A stretch of DNA of 55,746 nt, counting the filler, from Jimgerdemannia flammicorona (taxonomy: Eukaryota): assembly GCA_003990765.1 (NCBI GenBank). It is 2 parts of 2 records of this genome, joined end to end, with 100 filler letters (N's around TTAATTAATTAA, not from the genome) between each part and the next. Parts side by side here need not be neighbours in the genome. Positions count along the whole stretch, not along the records: positions 1 to 27,832 come from RBNJ01000596.1; 1 more part is not named here. One strand, given 5' to 3'. A model generated the notes under the pieces. The model saw nothing but the letters and a program-made list of their open reading frames with translations. It was not told where the DNA came from and searched no databases. Made by a program: the position numbers and the translations under genes. Of this stretch, positions 11,491 through 23,584 are shown piece by piece; positions within the stretch are counted from its first letter, which is position 1, and each line of letters begins with the position of its first letter.

Positions 11491-14400
11491 GTTGAATAGT
11501 CTTAATGGGGATATTTCGAAGTGTCCTTGAGAGTGCATCGGCATTGGTATTGGTCTTTCCTGGGCAGTGCTTGACAGTACAGTCATATTCTTGCAACCTG
11601 TAGATCCATCTGGCATATATTCCTTTGGGGTTCAGAGTGTGGAATAGCCAGGCAAGAGTGGAATGGTCTGTCTGAATGGTGAAGTATTTTCCAGCTAGGT
11701 AGTAGTGGAACTTGTCTACTGCCCAAACTACTGCAAAGCATTCAAGCTTGCATGACTCGTAGTTCTGTTCTGCTCCACGAGTACCTCAGCTTGCATAGGA
11801 GATGACATATTTATGTCTATCTTTCTTCTGAGCTAGGACCGCTCCAAGTCCTATAGCACTCGCATCTGTCTGCAGGATGAATTCTAGGTTCCAGTCTGGT
11901 CTTTTGAGGATGGGTGCTTGGGTCAATCTGGTCTTAAGTTCATTGAAGGTTTCTTGGCACTCCTTGGTCCATTCGAATTTGGTCTCCTTCTTCAGTAGCT
12001 CATAGATAGGTGCTGCAATGTTGGAGTATTCTCTGATAAATTTTCTGTAGTAGCTGGCCAGTCCAAGGAAGGCGTAGACTTCTGTGGTTGTTCTGGGTCT
12101 TGGGTAGGCTGCAACAGCCTTGACCTTCATAGGGTCTGTGTGGATTCCGGTCTGGTTGATGAGGTGTCCTAGGTAGGCGATTTCTTGAGCTGCAAACTTG
12201 CATTTCTTGGGCTTGATGTAGAGGCCATGCTCCTTGAGCCTCATGAGGGCTAGCTGTATGTGATTGATATATTCCCATGTAGTGTTGCTGAAGATGATCA
12301 CATCATCAACATAGACAAAGAGCCATTTTCCAATCTTGTTGCTGAAGACTCTGTTCATCATTCACTGGAAACTTGCTGGGGCATTGCACATTCCAAATGG
12401 CATTTGCAGATAGATATAGGTGGCATCAGGTATGATGAAGGCTGATTTCTCACTGGCATCTTGAGTGAGACCGATCCGGTGGAAGCCTGAGAACAGATCC
12501 AAGGTAGTGTAGTATTTGGCTTTGCTTCCAAGGGTGGTAAGGATTTCTTAAATATTTGGCAAGGGCTGCCTATCCTTCTTGGTGATGGTATTGAGTTTCC
12601 TGTAGTCAATGAAGAGTCTTGGTGCAAACTCTCCAGGCTTGCTTCCTTTCTTCAGGGCAAGGACAATGGGTGAGGCCCAGGGGCTGATAGCTTGCTTGAT
12701 GATTCCAGCTTCTTCCATTTCCTTGAGTTCGGCTTGCAGCCACTCTCTGTAGACAGGTGGTATGGGTCTGGCTTTCTGATAGATAGGCTTGGCATCACCA
12801 GTGTCAACTTCGTAGTGGTACTTGGGTTCTTGATTGTGGATATCCCTAAAGTCTGTAGCAAGTACTCCTTCATTCTGGTGCAGGATCTTGAGAAGTTGTT
12901 CCTCCAGGGGAAATTTTTCTCCAATGGTATATGTGTGCTTGTTCTGGTCCTTGTCTTTCTTGTGCTCAAGTTCAGTAATCTTAGTGGTGGTATAGGCTCC
13001 TCTTCCAGTAGATCCAAAGCCTTATTCTCCTCTCTTGGTCTTGATAAGTTCAGTGGCCTCTATGATTCTGGGCTTCTTGATTTCATGGATCAGCATCTGG
13101 CCAATCCTGTCATGCTTCTTGACTTCGAAGGGGGTGGTGTGGTTGTGATTTCTGACTATGAGAAAAATCTCACCAGTGTAATCAGGGTCAATTACTCCTC
13201 CTTCAACTGAGATTTCGCTTTTGGCCAGACTGCTCCTGGTCTTGATAATTCTGGCATGGTTTTCTGGCAACTTGACTCCAATTCCAGTGCCAAGTAGGGT
13301 GGTGGTCTGTGGTTCGAGGGTAGCATCTTGGATGCTGGCAAGATCCATTCCTATGGCTCCTTCAGTCTTGTATTCTGGGATCTTGGCTTCAGGGTAAAAC
13401 TTCTTGATCTTGAGAGTGATGTCTGGTTCTTGTTCCTCCTCATCATCACTGTCAGCTTGAAGCTCTGGGGGCTGGTCATCTTCTTCAGCTTTCCTTTTTG
13501 CTTCGGCAGCTTCTTGCTCATATTTTTGTTGGCGGATTTTCCTGACTTCACTGATACAGGACCAGCAGTCATTCAGGTGTTTGGAGCAGTACATTCTAGT
13601 ACCATGGGGGCATCTTCCTTGAGGGGCATACCTATCAATGATCTTGTTATACCACTGCTCATCTATGAGCTTGGGTATCTTGTTCTTGTTCTTGTTCACC
13701 GAGTGCATGAAGACCTCTGTGTCTTCTTCATCTCCTTCCTCCATGTCTGGCAGGACTCCTTTGTGGACATTGATAGAAACTCGTACCTTTCTCCCTCTGT
13801 AGTTGATCTGCATCTTCTGGGCATTGAGGTCAATGATAGCCTTGGCCTTGTAAAGCCATTGGTTGCCAATGAGAATGTCATAGTTGGTGGTACTTATAAC
13901 AATTATGTCTACTGGGATAGTAGCTCCTCCTATCTTGATGGGGACTTCTTGGATTTTGCCAAGGGGGGTAGCTTGTGTACCATCTGCTGTGACATAGACC
14001 ATCTTAGTGGACTCTTCAATGTCCCAACCTAGGCGGTCAATTGCCTTCTTACTCATGAGGCATCCTCCAGCACCAGTATCAATGATAGCATCAAAGATAC
14101 AGTCTTCGATCTGGCAGGGGGTATAGGCTGATGTCTTGCGCTAGTCTTCGGATTCTTTACCTGAGTTCTCAGATTCTTCTTGTGCATTGTGAGCTTCTAC
14201 AATCTTGTACTCTTGATTCTTGACAGTAGTTGCAAGTCCTACTCTCAACTGCTGTCTGAAGGCAGGGACTTCAGCTAGCTGCCCAAAAGTGGCATTGACC
14301 TTCTGTTCCTTGAGGTCCTTGTAGATGTCATACTGGTGGATCTTAGTCTTGCACAGCTTCTGTTCCTTCTTGCTCTCACTTTCTTCTGAGACTGGAGTAG

Positions 14401-15511
14401 TGCCTTCGATAATTTGGTGAGCAGCTTCGTCTAACTCCATGTCTTGATCAATCTCCTTGTATTGGGTCTTGCTTTGAATAGTGACAGCTGGAGTCTTTTT
14501 TGGTCTTCCAACTGGCTTACTGTTGCTCTTCTTGTCATAGGGCTTGGACCAGGTTCTGGTACCTTCAGTAGCAGGGTAGAATTCGAGCTCCTTGTAGTAT
14601 TCTTCATCATCAGTGTCACCAATCTCCTCGATGACTACTGCATTAGTTTGTTCTCTAGTTCTGCTAGCATTGCTTGGTTGGGCTTTATGTCTTATTTCGG
14701 TCATGCAATTCTTTGCATAGTGGCCTTCTTCTCCACATCTGAAGCATGTGATGTTATTTCATTCTTCTGTAGCAGCTGCAAATCTCTGCACTGGTCTCCT
14801 GTTGGCACTTCAGACTTCTCTAACAACATCACCAAGGTGTGCAGTTATCTCGGCAAACTGCTTGGCAAGTTCTTCCACTGGGTCAGCTTTGGCTGTCTTG
14901 GGGGTAGGTGGGGTTGGTTGTCTGTTTACAACTGTGGCAGGTAAGATACTAGTTGGCTTTGATGGCTCCATCTTGATGCTAGTTATTTTCTCCATTGAGT
15001 GTTCAGCAGAGTGTCTGGCTATCCAATATCTCTGTGCAAAGACCACTTTCTGATCAAGGGTCAGTGCAGCTGGGGTAGACCAGATTGCTAGGGCAATTTC
15101 AGGGTGAACTCCTTTGAGAAAGATTGAATCTGCTATTTGTTCCTTGAGGCAATCATCATAGCCAGCCAAGACAATCTGGTGGCAGATTCGGGTATAGAAT
15201 GAGTTGGGATCTTCACTAAGTCCCTGGCAGATAGTTTTGAGTTGATCCTTGAGAGCTTGCTTGATCTTTTTGGTATAATATGTTGTTCTGAGGAAGGCCT
15301 TTATGTTGGCAAGTTTGGCTGCACCAGCATCAGCAATGGTGGCTACATTGAACTTATCTCTAGCAGGTCCTCTGAGACTGACTGGTAGAAGGGCCAATTG
15401 AGCATCCACACCAAGGGCTCGTATGACGGCAAATTGTTCAAAGTCTTCAATAAAGGTCAGAATTGACTCTTCAGTAGTATATCTATAGAATATAGGGGGA
15501 CACATTTCCAT
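11483..15511 (-). pseudogene. Gypsy-1 gag-PR-dUTPase-RT-RNase H polyprotein, mostly one frame, with stops
   Basis: Gag at 14810-15511; CFRCGEEGHYAKNC knuckle ~14705-14750; IIDTGAG protease ~14075; YVDD ~12305; FILQTDASAIGLGAVL; ends NADALSR...QHE*. Confidence 0.92.
13000..13415 (-). pseudogene. dut: dUTPase domain between protease and RT
   Basis: Motifs AIGMDL, TRSSLA, GVIDPDYTGEI, DRIGQM, RGE*GFGSTG. Confidence 0.92.
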
Positions 15512-15610
15512 CTTGTCTTGAATTCTTGCAGGGGGTGACTCTTGTAGTCAGGGTAGTTGTTGTGGGGTTGTTTGTTTTTCAGCTTGAAAGTGAGAGATTT
15601 GTCTTGAATC

Positions 15611-15628
15611 ACCAGCCAATGGGCACCA
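15611..15628 (-). other. Primer binding site TGGTGCCCATTGGCTGGT
   Basis: TGG start 3 nt after the 5' LTR end; tRNA identity not assigned. Confidence 0.75.
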
Positions 15629-15631
15629 AGT

Positions 15632-17177
15632 TGTCACATAGTGGTCGCTGAGTTCTTCAAATATGCCAGATTCTCTTCAAGGTGTATCTCTTAGACTAAC
15701 TCAAGTTGTTATAAGCAAGTTCTTATTGGAGTGCCTTCCCAAGGTCTTATAGTCCTCAAACTTCTTATCTTTAACTGTCTTGTTATCTCTTAGATTGCTT
15801 GCAAGAGATTGTGTATTGCACTGAGAGGAACTGACTTTATTTCAGAGGAAATAAGAGGGATATTTATACAAAATATAATTCAATGATTGCTAAGATATAA
15901 AGCTAAATATAAATTCCAATAACTAAAACTACTGAGTTCCAGGGCTGGCATTATTTAGTATCACATCAAAATGCTAGTGCTGGAACAATTTCATGTCACC
16001 TCAGAATACTGGTGCTGGCATTATCCAGTGTTACATGAGAATACCGGTGCTGGCATTATCTAGTGTAACAAAGAACTTAGAGCAGAAAGTTCAGGATCAT
16101 GGGGGCTTCATCATCATCATCATCATCATCACTGAAGGAGATGAGATCCATGAATTCATTATGTAGGTCGCGCGTTTCGCATACTTCGCATGCCTTGTCA
16201 CGCGGTTCATGTGCTTCGGGTATGTCATGCGGGATGACATCATCGATGACGTCATCACGTTCGGCTGTGGCAGGGAAATCAGGAATAAGGTCTGGAGCTC
16301 TTCAGTCTATGAGATTCTCTTCTACAAAATAAGGAACAAATGTGGGGTCTTGGGGAGATCTAACCCAGATGCTTGGGCCTTAGAATACTGAGATCAATTC
16401 TTGTAGGAATTGGTCTGGGTTATCCTGAAGGATAGGGTGCCAGAAGTTTTCTACTTTTTTGCTGTTGAGAGTGATGGTGGACTGGGCTTCTGTGGCTACC
16501 CTGGCTTCTAGTACATTGATACAGCGGGATGACAGGTCTCTGAAATCTGAGACTCTAACATACTCCAAGTTGGGGATCGACCATGGTGCATGCCTGAAGA
16601 TATGATGGATCTTCTTTGCTGTCCTTGCCTTATGTAGGTCTATGGGAGTGGCATCTTGTAGCTCTTGAGGGCTGGCATGTGGGAACTCCCAGCAGAGGAG
16701 GTTTCCTATTTCGTATTCCTGCCACATTTGGAGGCATTTGGTGGCAATGGTGATCCTTGTTTCCATTTCACAGTGGTAGAGAATGAAGTGATAGGGGTCT
16801 GCAGTACCCAGGCTGATGCTAGGAGTCCTTCTTGAGTGGGTCCTCATGGCTCTTCTGATGTCTTGGAACATCCTTTCCTTGACCGAGATACCTTAATGAT
16901 TCCTTGACCTTGAGGTTTGGCAGGTAGCAGGCATTTTGTTTGTGGTAAGTCTTTGAGCTATTTTTGGGATTGGTGGTTCTTGTTGGTTGCTGCTACTGCA
17001 GTTCCTTGATCCTTTTTTTATATTCTTCAGGATGCTTGTGCTATGGTCACAATGACTCACAGTTGGTCATCATTGCTCATCTCATATGCCATATAATCTT
17101 CTTGTACTCCGATCTGGTGGCTTGTAAAGAAAGGCTGTCTCCTGTACTGATGTCATCATTCTGGGGTCACCATTACA
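15632..17177 (-). repeat. Gypsy-1 5' LTR, containing the second copy of the U3 ORF (~16077-16934)
   Basis: Direct repeat of 8383-9928. Confidence 0.95.
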
Positions 17178-18046
17178 TTATATAGAGAGTTGGCTGATCT
17201 TGGGCATCAAGTACTCAGTGTAGGTTACCTACAGGTCCTCAGTACCTGTGGTGGGGCCCTCTGGCTTTGGCGAGCTTTCTAGTGAGTGCAGTTCTAGTGT
17301 AGATAACTGCTTTTTGGATATTGTTGGGATGGAAGAGAAGATGGCCATTATAGATAGAAGGAAGGATGATAATGGTGAACCAGTAGGGTACTAGGCTGGG
17401 GGCAGTTGTTAGGGCTGGGGCAAATGCTGCTTCAGTGGGGCCTTTTTATTAATACAGAGTAGTTAAGTGATAGGTGTTACTCTCAACTTCTTTTAGTAAT
17501 TCAGCAGATTGGGCCCCAATCATTAAGGAGAGTCAGGGGGCCCAAGACTACCCATTTCAAGCATCTTGGCTATACTCAACTAGAACTGAGAGCTAATACA
17601 ATAATATAATCAAGGCCTGCAGACTTAAGTAGTGAAATATTAGAGATCTCCTCCCACCTCATGTGTAAGTCTTTTACTCATCTCATCTAGGAGAACCAGG
17701 TCTTATCCACTATAATGTACTTTGATGAGGGTTTTTTCTTTGCCTGTCATTCTTTTTGGTTATTCTATTTGGCTCAGACATAGCCTTATATATATATACA
17801 TTGGAGTCTTGGGCATATACTTTCAGTCATTAGCATATGGCTGAGTTCTCCCTAATGATAGAGAAAGCATAGTATGCAGAATGAGGTACAGGCCAACATA
17901 GGCCCTACTGTATCTGGTATAGTTGAGCTACTAAACAATAACTAGCCTAGGTTAATAAGGGGGCAATGCTTAATGGGTGGTGGAAAAAGGTTTTGGCCTA
18001 TATAGTCTAGGTTTCCTTTCAATAAAAATTCGCAAGACATTGAATC

Positions 18047-18120
<74 letters not shown>
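17178..18120 (+). mobile_element. Non-autonomous retroposon copy 2, 3' part with ~70-nt poly(A)
   Basis: Matches 24545-25440; aataaa signal near 18021; poly(A) 18051-18120. Confidence 0.88.
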
Positions 18121-18121
<1 letters not shown>

Positions 18122-19074
18122 ATTTATTGTATTATCAAAGGAGATTTGCTCTACCAGCTCAAACTCCTCATAAATCAACTCCTTGTAATTGCTTACTATT
18201 CATTGAATCAAGTTCTATATATATGAATATTAAACATGAGTAAAGACAAACATTAACACATTTGACAAAATATTAGAATATGCATGCTTACTCTGAATTA
18301 TAGTATACATTTTGCCATTCATACAAAATCTGATGGGAAGGAGGATGATATCGAGATTGGAACTTAAAATTTCTCCACCTCTGTATATCCATACTATCCA
18401 TTTGTAAGATATACCATAGAAAAAACATAGAAATAAAACCAAGAGTTCAGAAGCCCACTGTATGGCAGCTTTCTCAAAAATTTGATAGTAGCAGCCTGCT
18501 GTTTCTTGCAAGCTTCAAGCATAACTCGGGTGAGCACTAAATGGCAATCTTATAGCAAAACACTGAGTCCAATTCCATTGGTAACATTTTTTTTTAATTT
18601 TCCAGGAGAGGCTCTAATGTTAGCTATAACACTAAATTCACAGCCCCATTACAGATCTGGACCAAAGGCATAAACCTTTGCATTGTTTGGAAAATAAATA
18701 AATCACTCAGCCAGTTGCTTTATATTAATGGTTATGATTTTACTGCCACAACTAGATCTAGCTTCCCGAAATTATAGTATTAATAAAATTAATTAATCTA
18801 CAGTAAATAGCCAATCACAATTAATATCTCTCACTTAAGACAAAATTGCAACTTTGAAGTTTGATGGTATGGTTGCTGATAATGCTGTCAATATTGATAC
18901 CATGAATGCTTTTCTAAACCTAGATGACCATGATTCAACTTCTCTACTAGCAAACATAGTGAGATAGATATTATTAAAAGCAATAGCATTACAAAAGCAA
19001 TAGTAAGAAAGAAGATACCTACTAGTGGACATTAAGATATTTATATATATATTTATAGAGATAGATGTTAAAAT

Positions 19075-20393
19075 CACTATCTCTTTCTCTGCTATCTTAC
19101 TGGTTACAAGGTTTGGTAGGCAACCTTCTGAGTCCCCTTTCCCCTATTATTACCCCCTCTATCTCAAATTGGTTTACTATACCTTTATGAGCATAGTGAG
19201 AGGAGGGTAATGGTGATGAGTTGCCCCTTTATTGGTATCAGATCAATGCTTTCTCTACTTTTTCATAGATTCTGGTACCTTTGGCTATATCTGGGATATA
19301 CCCGTTTTGGTGTGGCACTTTTTTTCTTTTGCCATCACCAATAAGGAGTTATCTTGGTATATTACAGGTTACATAGAGAGTCAGCTGACCTTGGGTATCA
19401 AGTGCCTAGTGTAGGTTACTTGCAGGTCCTTGGTATCTATAGTGGGGCTCTCTGGCTTTGGCAAGCTTCCTGGTGAGTGCGGTTCTGGTGTAGGTGACTG
19501 TTTTTTGGGTATTATCAGGATGAGAAGGGAGATGGCTATCACAGATAGGAGGAAGGGTAATAATGGTGAACCAGTGGGGTGCTAGACTAGGGGTGGTCAT
19601 CAAGGCTGAGACAGATAATATTTCAGTGGGACCTTTCGATTGGCTGGTAAGGAGTGGGGTGGTGCAGGGGCTGGTATCCTGGCTGTATCCAACTAGAACC
19701 GAGAGCTGATGTAGCAATGTAATCGAGGCCTACAGACTTAGAGAGTGGGGCCTTCCTCATTTGGCAGTATCTGACTGGAACTGAGAGCTAACACAATAAT
19801 GTGATCAAGGCCCACAGGGTCAAGTCCTTCGGGACTGCTGATACTTGAAAAAATTGGAAAAATACAGAGAAGATTAGCATGGCCCCTGCACAAGGATGAT
19901 ACTATCTTCAAGGTCCACAGGCTCAAAGAGTGAGAGTGGGATCTTTTCTAGCCCTAGCCCATGTGTTAGTCCTTTGAGGAAAATTCTACATGTAAGTCTT
20001 TTACTCACCCACTTTGAATCTGCTTTGCTCTCTGTTAGTTAGTTGGAGAATTTTTTCTTTGCCTCAGACTTTCTTTTAGAATTTAGGAGACTATTCTTTA
20101 TTCAATCCTGATGCTGCTAGATTCAATACATAAGTATACTCTCACATATAAACAATGATCCAGCCCTAATGAACAGACAAATCTAATCTATATTATGGGG
20201 GTCAACATAACCAGTGTTTAACAGACATAATTGGAACAGTGGAACTGCTGGACAATTTAATAACTTAAATTAATAAGGGGATATTGTTTGGTGGATAGTA
20301 GAGAAGGGTTTTGGCCTATATAGTCTAGGTTCCCTTCCAATAAAAATCCGCGGAACTATGAATCCGTTTAAAAAAAAAAAAAAAAAAAAAAAA
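19075..20393 (+). mobile_element. Non-autonomous retroposon copy 3, variant with internal U6 fragment
   Basis: Shares 5' and 3' ends with the other copies; 18-bp TSD agagatagatgttaaaat (19057-19074) / agagatggatgttaaaat (20394-20411); poly(A) tail. Confidence 0.88.
19824..19902 (+). ncRNA. U6: U6 snRNA fragment (approx. nt 1-80, 3'-truncated; probable pseudogene)
   Basis: 5' hairpin GTCC-TTCG-GGAC, then aaaattggaaaaATACAGAGAAGATTAGCATGGCCCCTGCACAAGGATGA (ACAGAGA box, AGC triad, ISL). Confidence 0.92.
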
Positions 20394-22524
20394 AGAGATG
20401 GATGTTAAAATTAACATCGATGTCTCTTTCTGAGTTTGCACGAGTGGTGAAACCGGAGTCGATTATCTCGACGCTATACAATTCGGTAACAAAGCATAAT
20501 GAGCATAACATAATTCGGTTAAACTTAAAACCGGATGCGATATGTATCTACTTGTATCTCAACAGGTCCAGAATGTACTCCACGTCTGGGTCGTCGCAAT
20601 CCGAAATATCGACTGATGAGTCCTGGCTTTCCTTTTCAACTGTAAGCTTCCTTTTGGTTTGTCGATTTTTCCGCTTTCGATTAGGAATTTAACAGCTCCT
20701 TCCGTACCCCTTTCAAGCAATCATTCTCGCGAGATTGGCTAATGTGGAAGAGTCAATCTAAAGCATATAAGAGCAGAGACAGCCTTAAGTTGAATTCAAA
20801 AAGCCATGCAAAAACAGCATTTTGCTACCTTTAAAAAGGTCTGAAGTATCCTTTCCGAAGAAATGCTCAGCTCTCGCCAGTCGTCATCACCGTCTATGTT
20901 TTTGAGACCGCTGAATATTTCGTTGCGCAATGCCGCGTACTCGTCCGGTGTTAATATCCTACTCGGGTGGAAGGTAAGCATTGGTTGCCCCTCTGCTGGA
21001 GGGCTAATGTCGGCAATTTTTCGTCGCAGAAGGGCTGTATGAACATATGTTGTGTCAATTCCTACATTTCATAGTTTAATAACAAAATGGAAACAGTACA
21101 ATTGCCACATACCGATCTGTGATTATCTCGGGTGTGTTTTCAATCAGGTTTGTGCGTACATCTTCCAACTTGTTCAACCACGAAGCATTTCCTTCGGGTT
21201 GTGAAAATAATACCCTGGCCACATCTTGGTCATCTTCATCTTCATCTTCATCTTCATCCTTATGGTGAGGCAAAATAAATCGTTAAGACATAAAATTTGC
21301 TCAAAAAAAAGTAAAAAAAAAAAATTGGCCAAAAAAAAAAAAAAAAAAAAAAAGAAAGAAAGAAAGGACAACAGAAAACAAACCTCATCCTTGTGAGGTT
21401 CACGCAATCGTTTTTTAGCTGATTCGCACGGTGATTCGTCACTGTCGCTTTCATTCTCATCACCATGGATCGTGCCGTGAGACCTTTTCTGCCTCTATGA
21501 ATGAGAATGTAATTTAGTCACGTAGACAAGTGTTTTCTTGGTATATTCACCACGACTTGATTTACCTTTACTCCCTCTGATTTCCTTAATAATTCAGTAC
21601 CACTATTAATTGCTCCGACGATCCCTCCTCCAAAAGAGCTGCCATGGATAAACCCTCCAAAAGAGCTACCATTACTAAATCTTGGTCGGTATAAGTGCAC
21701 CGAACTAGTGGTGTTTTCACCACTCTTTTCCCATTTTTGGGCCAATTTACGGTCATTTTCCTAGATATGGAATATATAGAATTTAGTAATATTCAAAACT
21801 AATATCTCATTCTCTGTCTGATTTTCCATCCCACCGGTTACCAGCGTTGGGTCCCCGCCCAAAGGCTCTTTCAACAGGCAAACTCGAAGATCACCTGCCC
21901 CAACGCTGGGTGAAACATTAGGCAAGCTAGTAGGTCACCTATGCCCCGATGGGGCCAGTGCCGGGTCGACTAGTAGTCTTGAACACAGGCAAGCTAGTAG
22001 GTCACCTGTGCCCCAACACTGGCATTGTGGCTCAACTAATAGTTTTGAATGGCAAGGAAGCTATCAGGTCCCTCCCACGCCACTACTTTCTATTTAACAT
22101 TCAACATTTCAAGGGAAAAATCACTTGCCTTCCTATAGTTGTCAATAAGCAGCTGTGCTTTTTCTTGTCTCCTGCCTTGCTCAGTATTGGCAATGATCTT
22201 GAGGCTTTTGATGTATGAATCCAACTTCTGTTTGAGTGGCCCCTCCTGTCTGTTCTCATTCAAGAACCCAATAATGTCCCATTCCGTAGACTTGCGACTG
22301 AAGTAAGTATCCTTGACTTTGGACATGGACGCGGGCAAAGTAATAGATTAGATTGATAAAGATAGTTGTGGATCAAAGTCAAACATTCATGAATCTTACC
22401 AGGACAATTAGACATCTGGTGGTGGATGGATAACGTGAATGAGCAGTAAAATTAACTACAAGCATTGTGTACCTTTGTAGTCAAGTTCGAGGGCACTTTA
22501 TTACACACAGGTATGATCAGATAC

Positions 22525-23584
22525 TATACCTCTTCCTCGCTCTCCTCCGAATCACCGTCCTCCGACGTGTCGCTCTCTTGTTGATTGTTTTAAAACTCGG
22601 TTTAGTAGAGTTGCTTCGGAATGCGCCTCGTCCTCATATACCCTTCGAAAACAAGAATACTGTTATACCTCCGACACTTCCGGAGCGGCCTTGGATTGTG
22701 GAAGTGACATAGTGTATTCGGCGGCGGTTTCCATTGTGACGAGATCAGCATCAGTTCAGTATAATTCCGGCATAATAGGGAGTTTGCGCAAAATCGCGGC
22801 CCGAAGTGGCGCATATTTTTAGACAAGAAATAAGAATATTATACCTCGCCCGTCACGGCAGGCTTAGGCGACGTCATAAATTGATCATTAGGGAGTTTGC
22901 GCAAATGGGATATCCGTGTAGATTTCGGAAAAACAGTCAGTCAGATATCCGTGTAAGAAATGAGTTTGCGCAACACGGATTTCTCGTATGGGTATAATCA
23001 AAACAAGAGTCGATAACTTGTATAAAAATAGCCGAAAAGAATAATACCTCGTTTTCGAATACATTTACTTGGTCAAGCTCCCTGCGGAACTTCCCGTCCG
23101 AGTTTTTCCGCTCATTGACGCTTAAGCGGCTCTTCACAACTTTAACAAGTTGCTTATTCAAAGGCAAAATATAATACGATTAGAACGTACCCCTTTTGGG
23201 CGCCTTCAGCAGTCACCGGGCGACGAGGAGTAACCCAGCTAGCCGCTGAAAAGGCATCGGCGAGGAGCCATCACCGGGCGACGAGGAGTAACCCAGCTAG
23301 ATACCACAACACCCAGGGGAACACTCGAGATTCACAGTGTAAAGGATTGAATGCCATTCGACCATGACGATAATAACATTAACAAACAACGCTTTACTTA
23401 CCTGCCAGCCGGAATCCAAAAGCTTCCGTGCTTGCACGGCATCGCGATCTTTTCTTTCAGCACGTCGCTGAAGATCCTTTTTAATGTTGTCGAAAACACG
23501 ACTTATGTTGTCGTCGCCGCCATAAATCGCTGCAATGGCCTCATATGTCCAAGTTTCTGCGGGTGCGTCGAAGAGCGTTGGCAT
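22525..23584 (-). CDS. Putative multi-exon hypothetical gene or fragment, N-terminus related to the 22326 gene
   Basis: Exon 23584-23402 (MPTLFDAPAETWTYEAI...ARKLLDSGWQ|gtaagt), a phase-0 exon QLVKVVKSRL...ELDQ|gt, and an acidic stretch ESDTSEDGDSEESEEE near 22530-22580. 3' structure unresolved. Confidence 0.45.

Larger units (their letters stand above)
8383..17177 (-). mobile_element. Ty3/Gypsy LTR retrotransposon 'Gypsy-1', complete, with dUTPase; several in-frame stops
   Basis: Two ~1546 bp LTRs with TG...CA ends, 4-bp TSD ctat/ttat, PBS, PPT, and domain order gag-CCHC-PR-dUTPase-RT-RH-IN. Confidence 0.95.
18250..22326 (-). pseudogene. Multi-exon host gene of a lineage-expanded fungal family (helical N-terminus, acidic linker, possible nuclease-fold C-terminus), disrupted by retroposon copy 3
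   Basis: Exon 22326-22129 (MSKVKDTYFSRKSTEWDIIGFL...) has a GC donor and splices in phase to 21760 (ENDRKLAQKW). Later exons include NSERDIDVNFNIHL, cut by the insertion and resuming LYKYIYKYLNVH|REVESWSSRFRK and PDL*WGCEFSV...LL*DCH. Family assignment is from recall only. Confidence 0.6.

Noticed and set aside
12692..14944. Plus-strand ORFs of 166-234 aa
   Set aside because: Antisense shadows of Gypsy-1 pol
19824..19902. Functional U6 gene
   Set aside because: Lacks the 3' ~25 nt and the oligo-T terminator, and is embedded in a retroposon
22777..22972. Repeated gagtttgcgcaa and gatatccgtgta motifs as a MITE
   Set aside because: Direct orientation; no terminal inverted repeats or TSD could be defined
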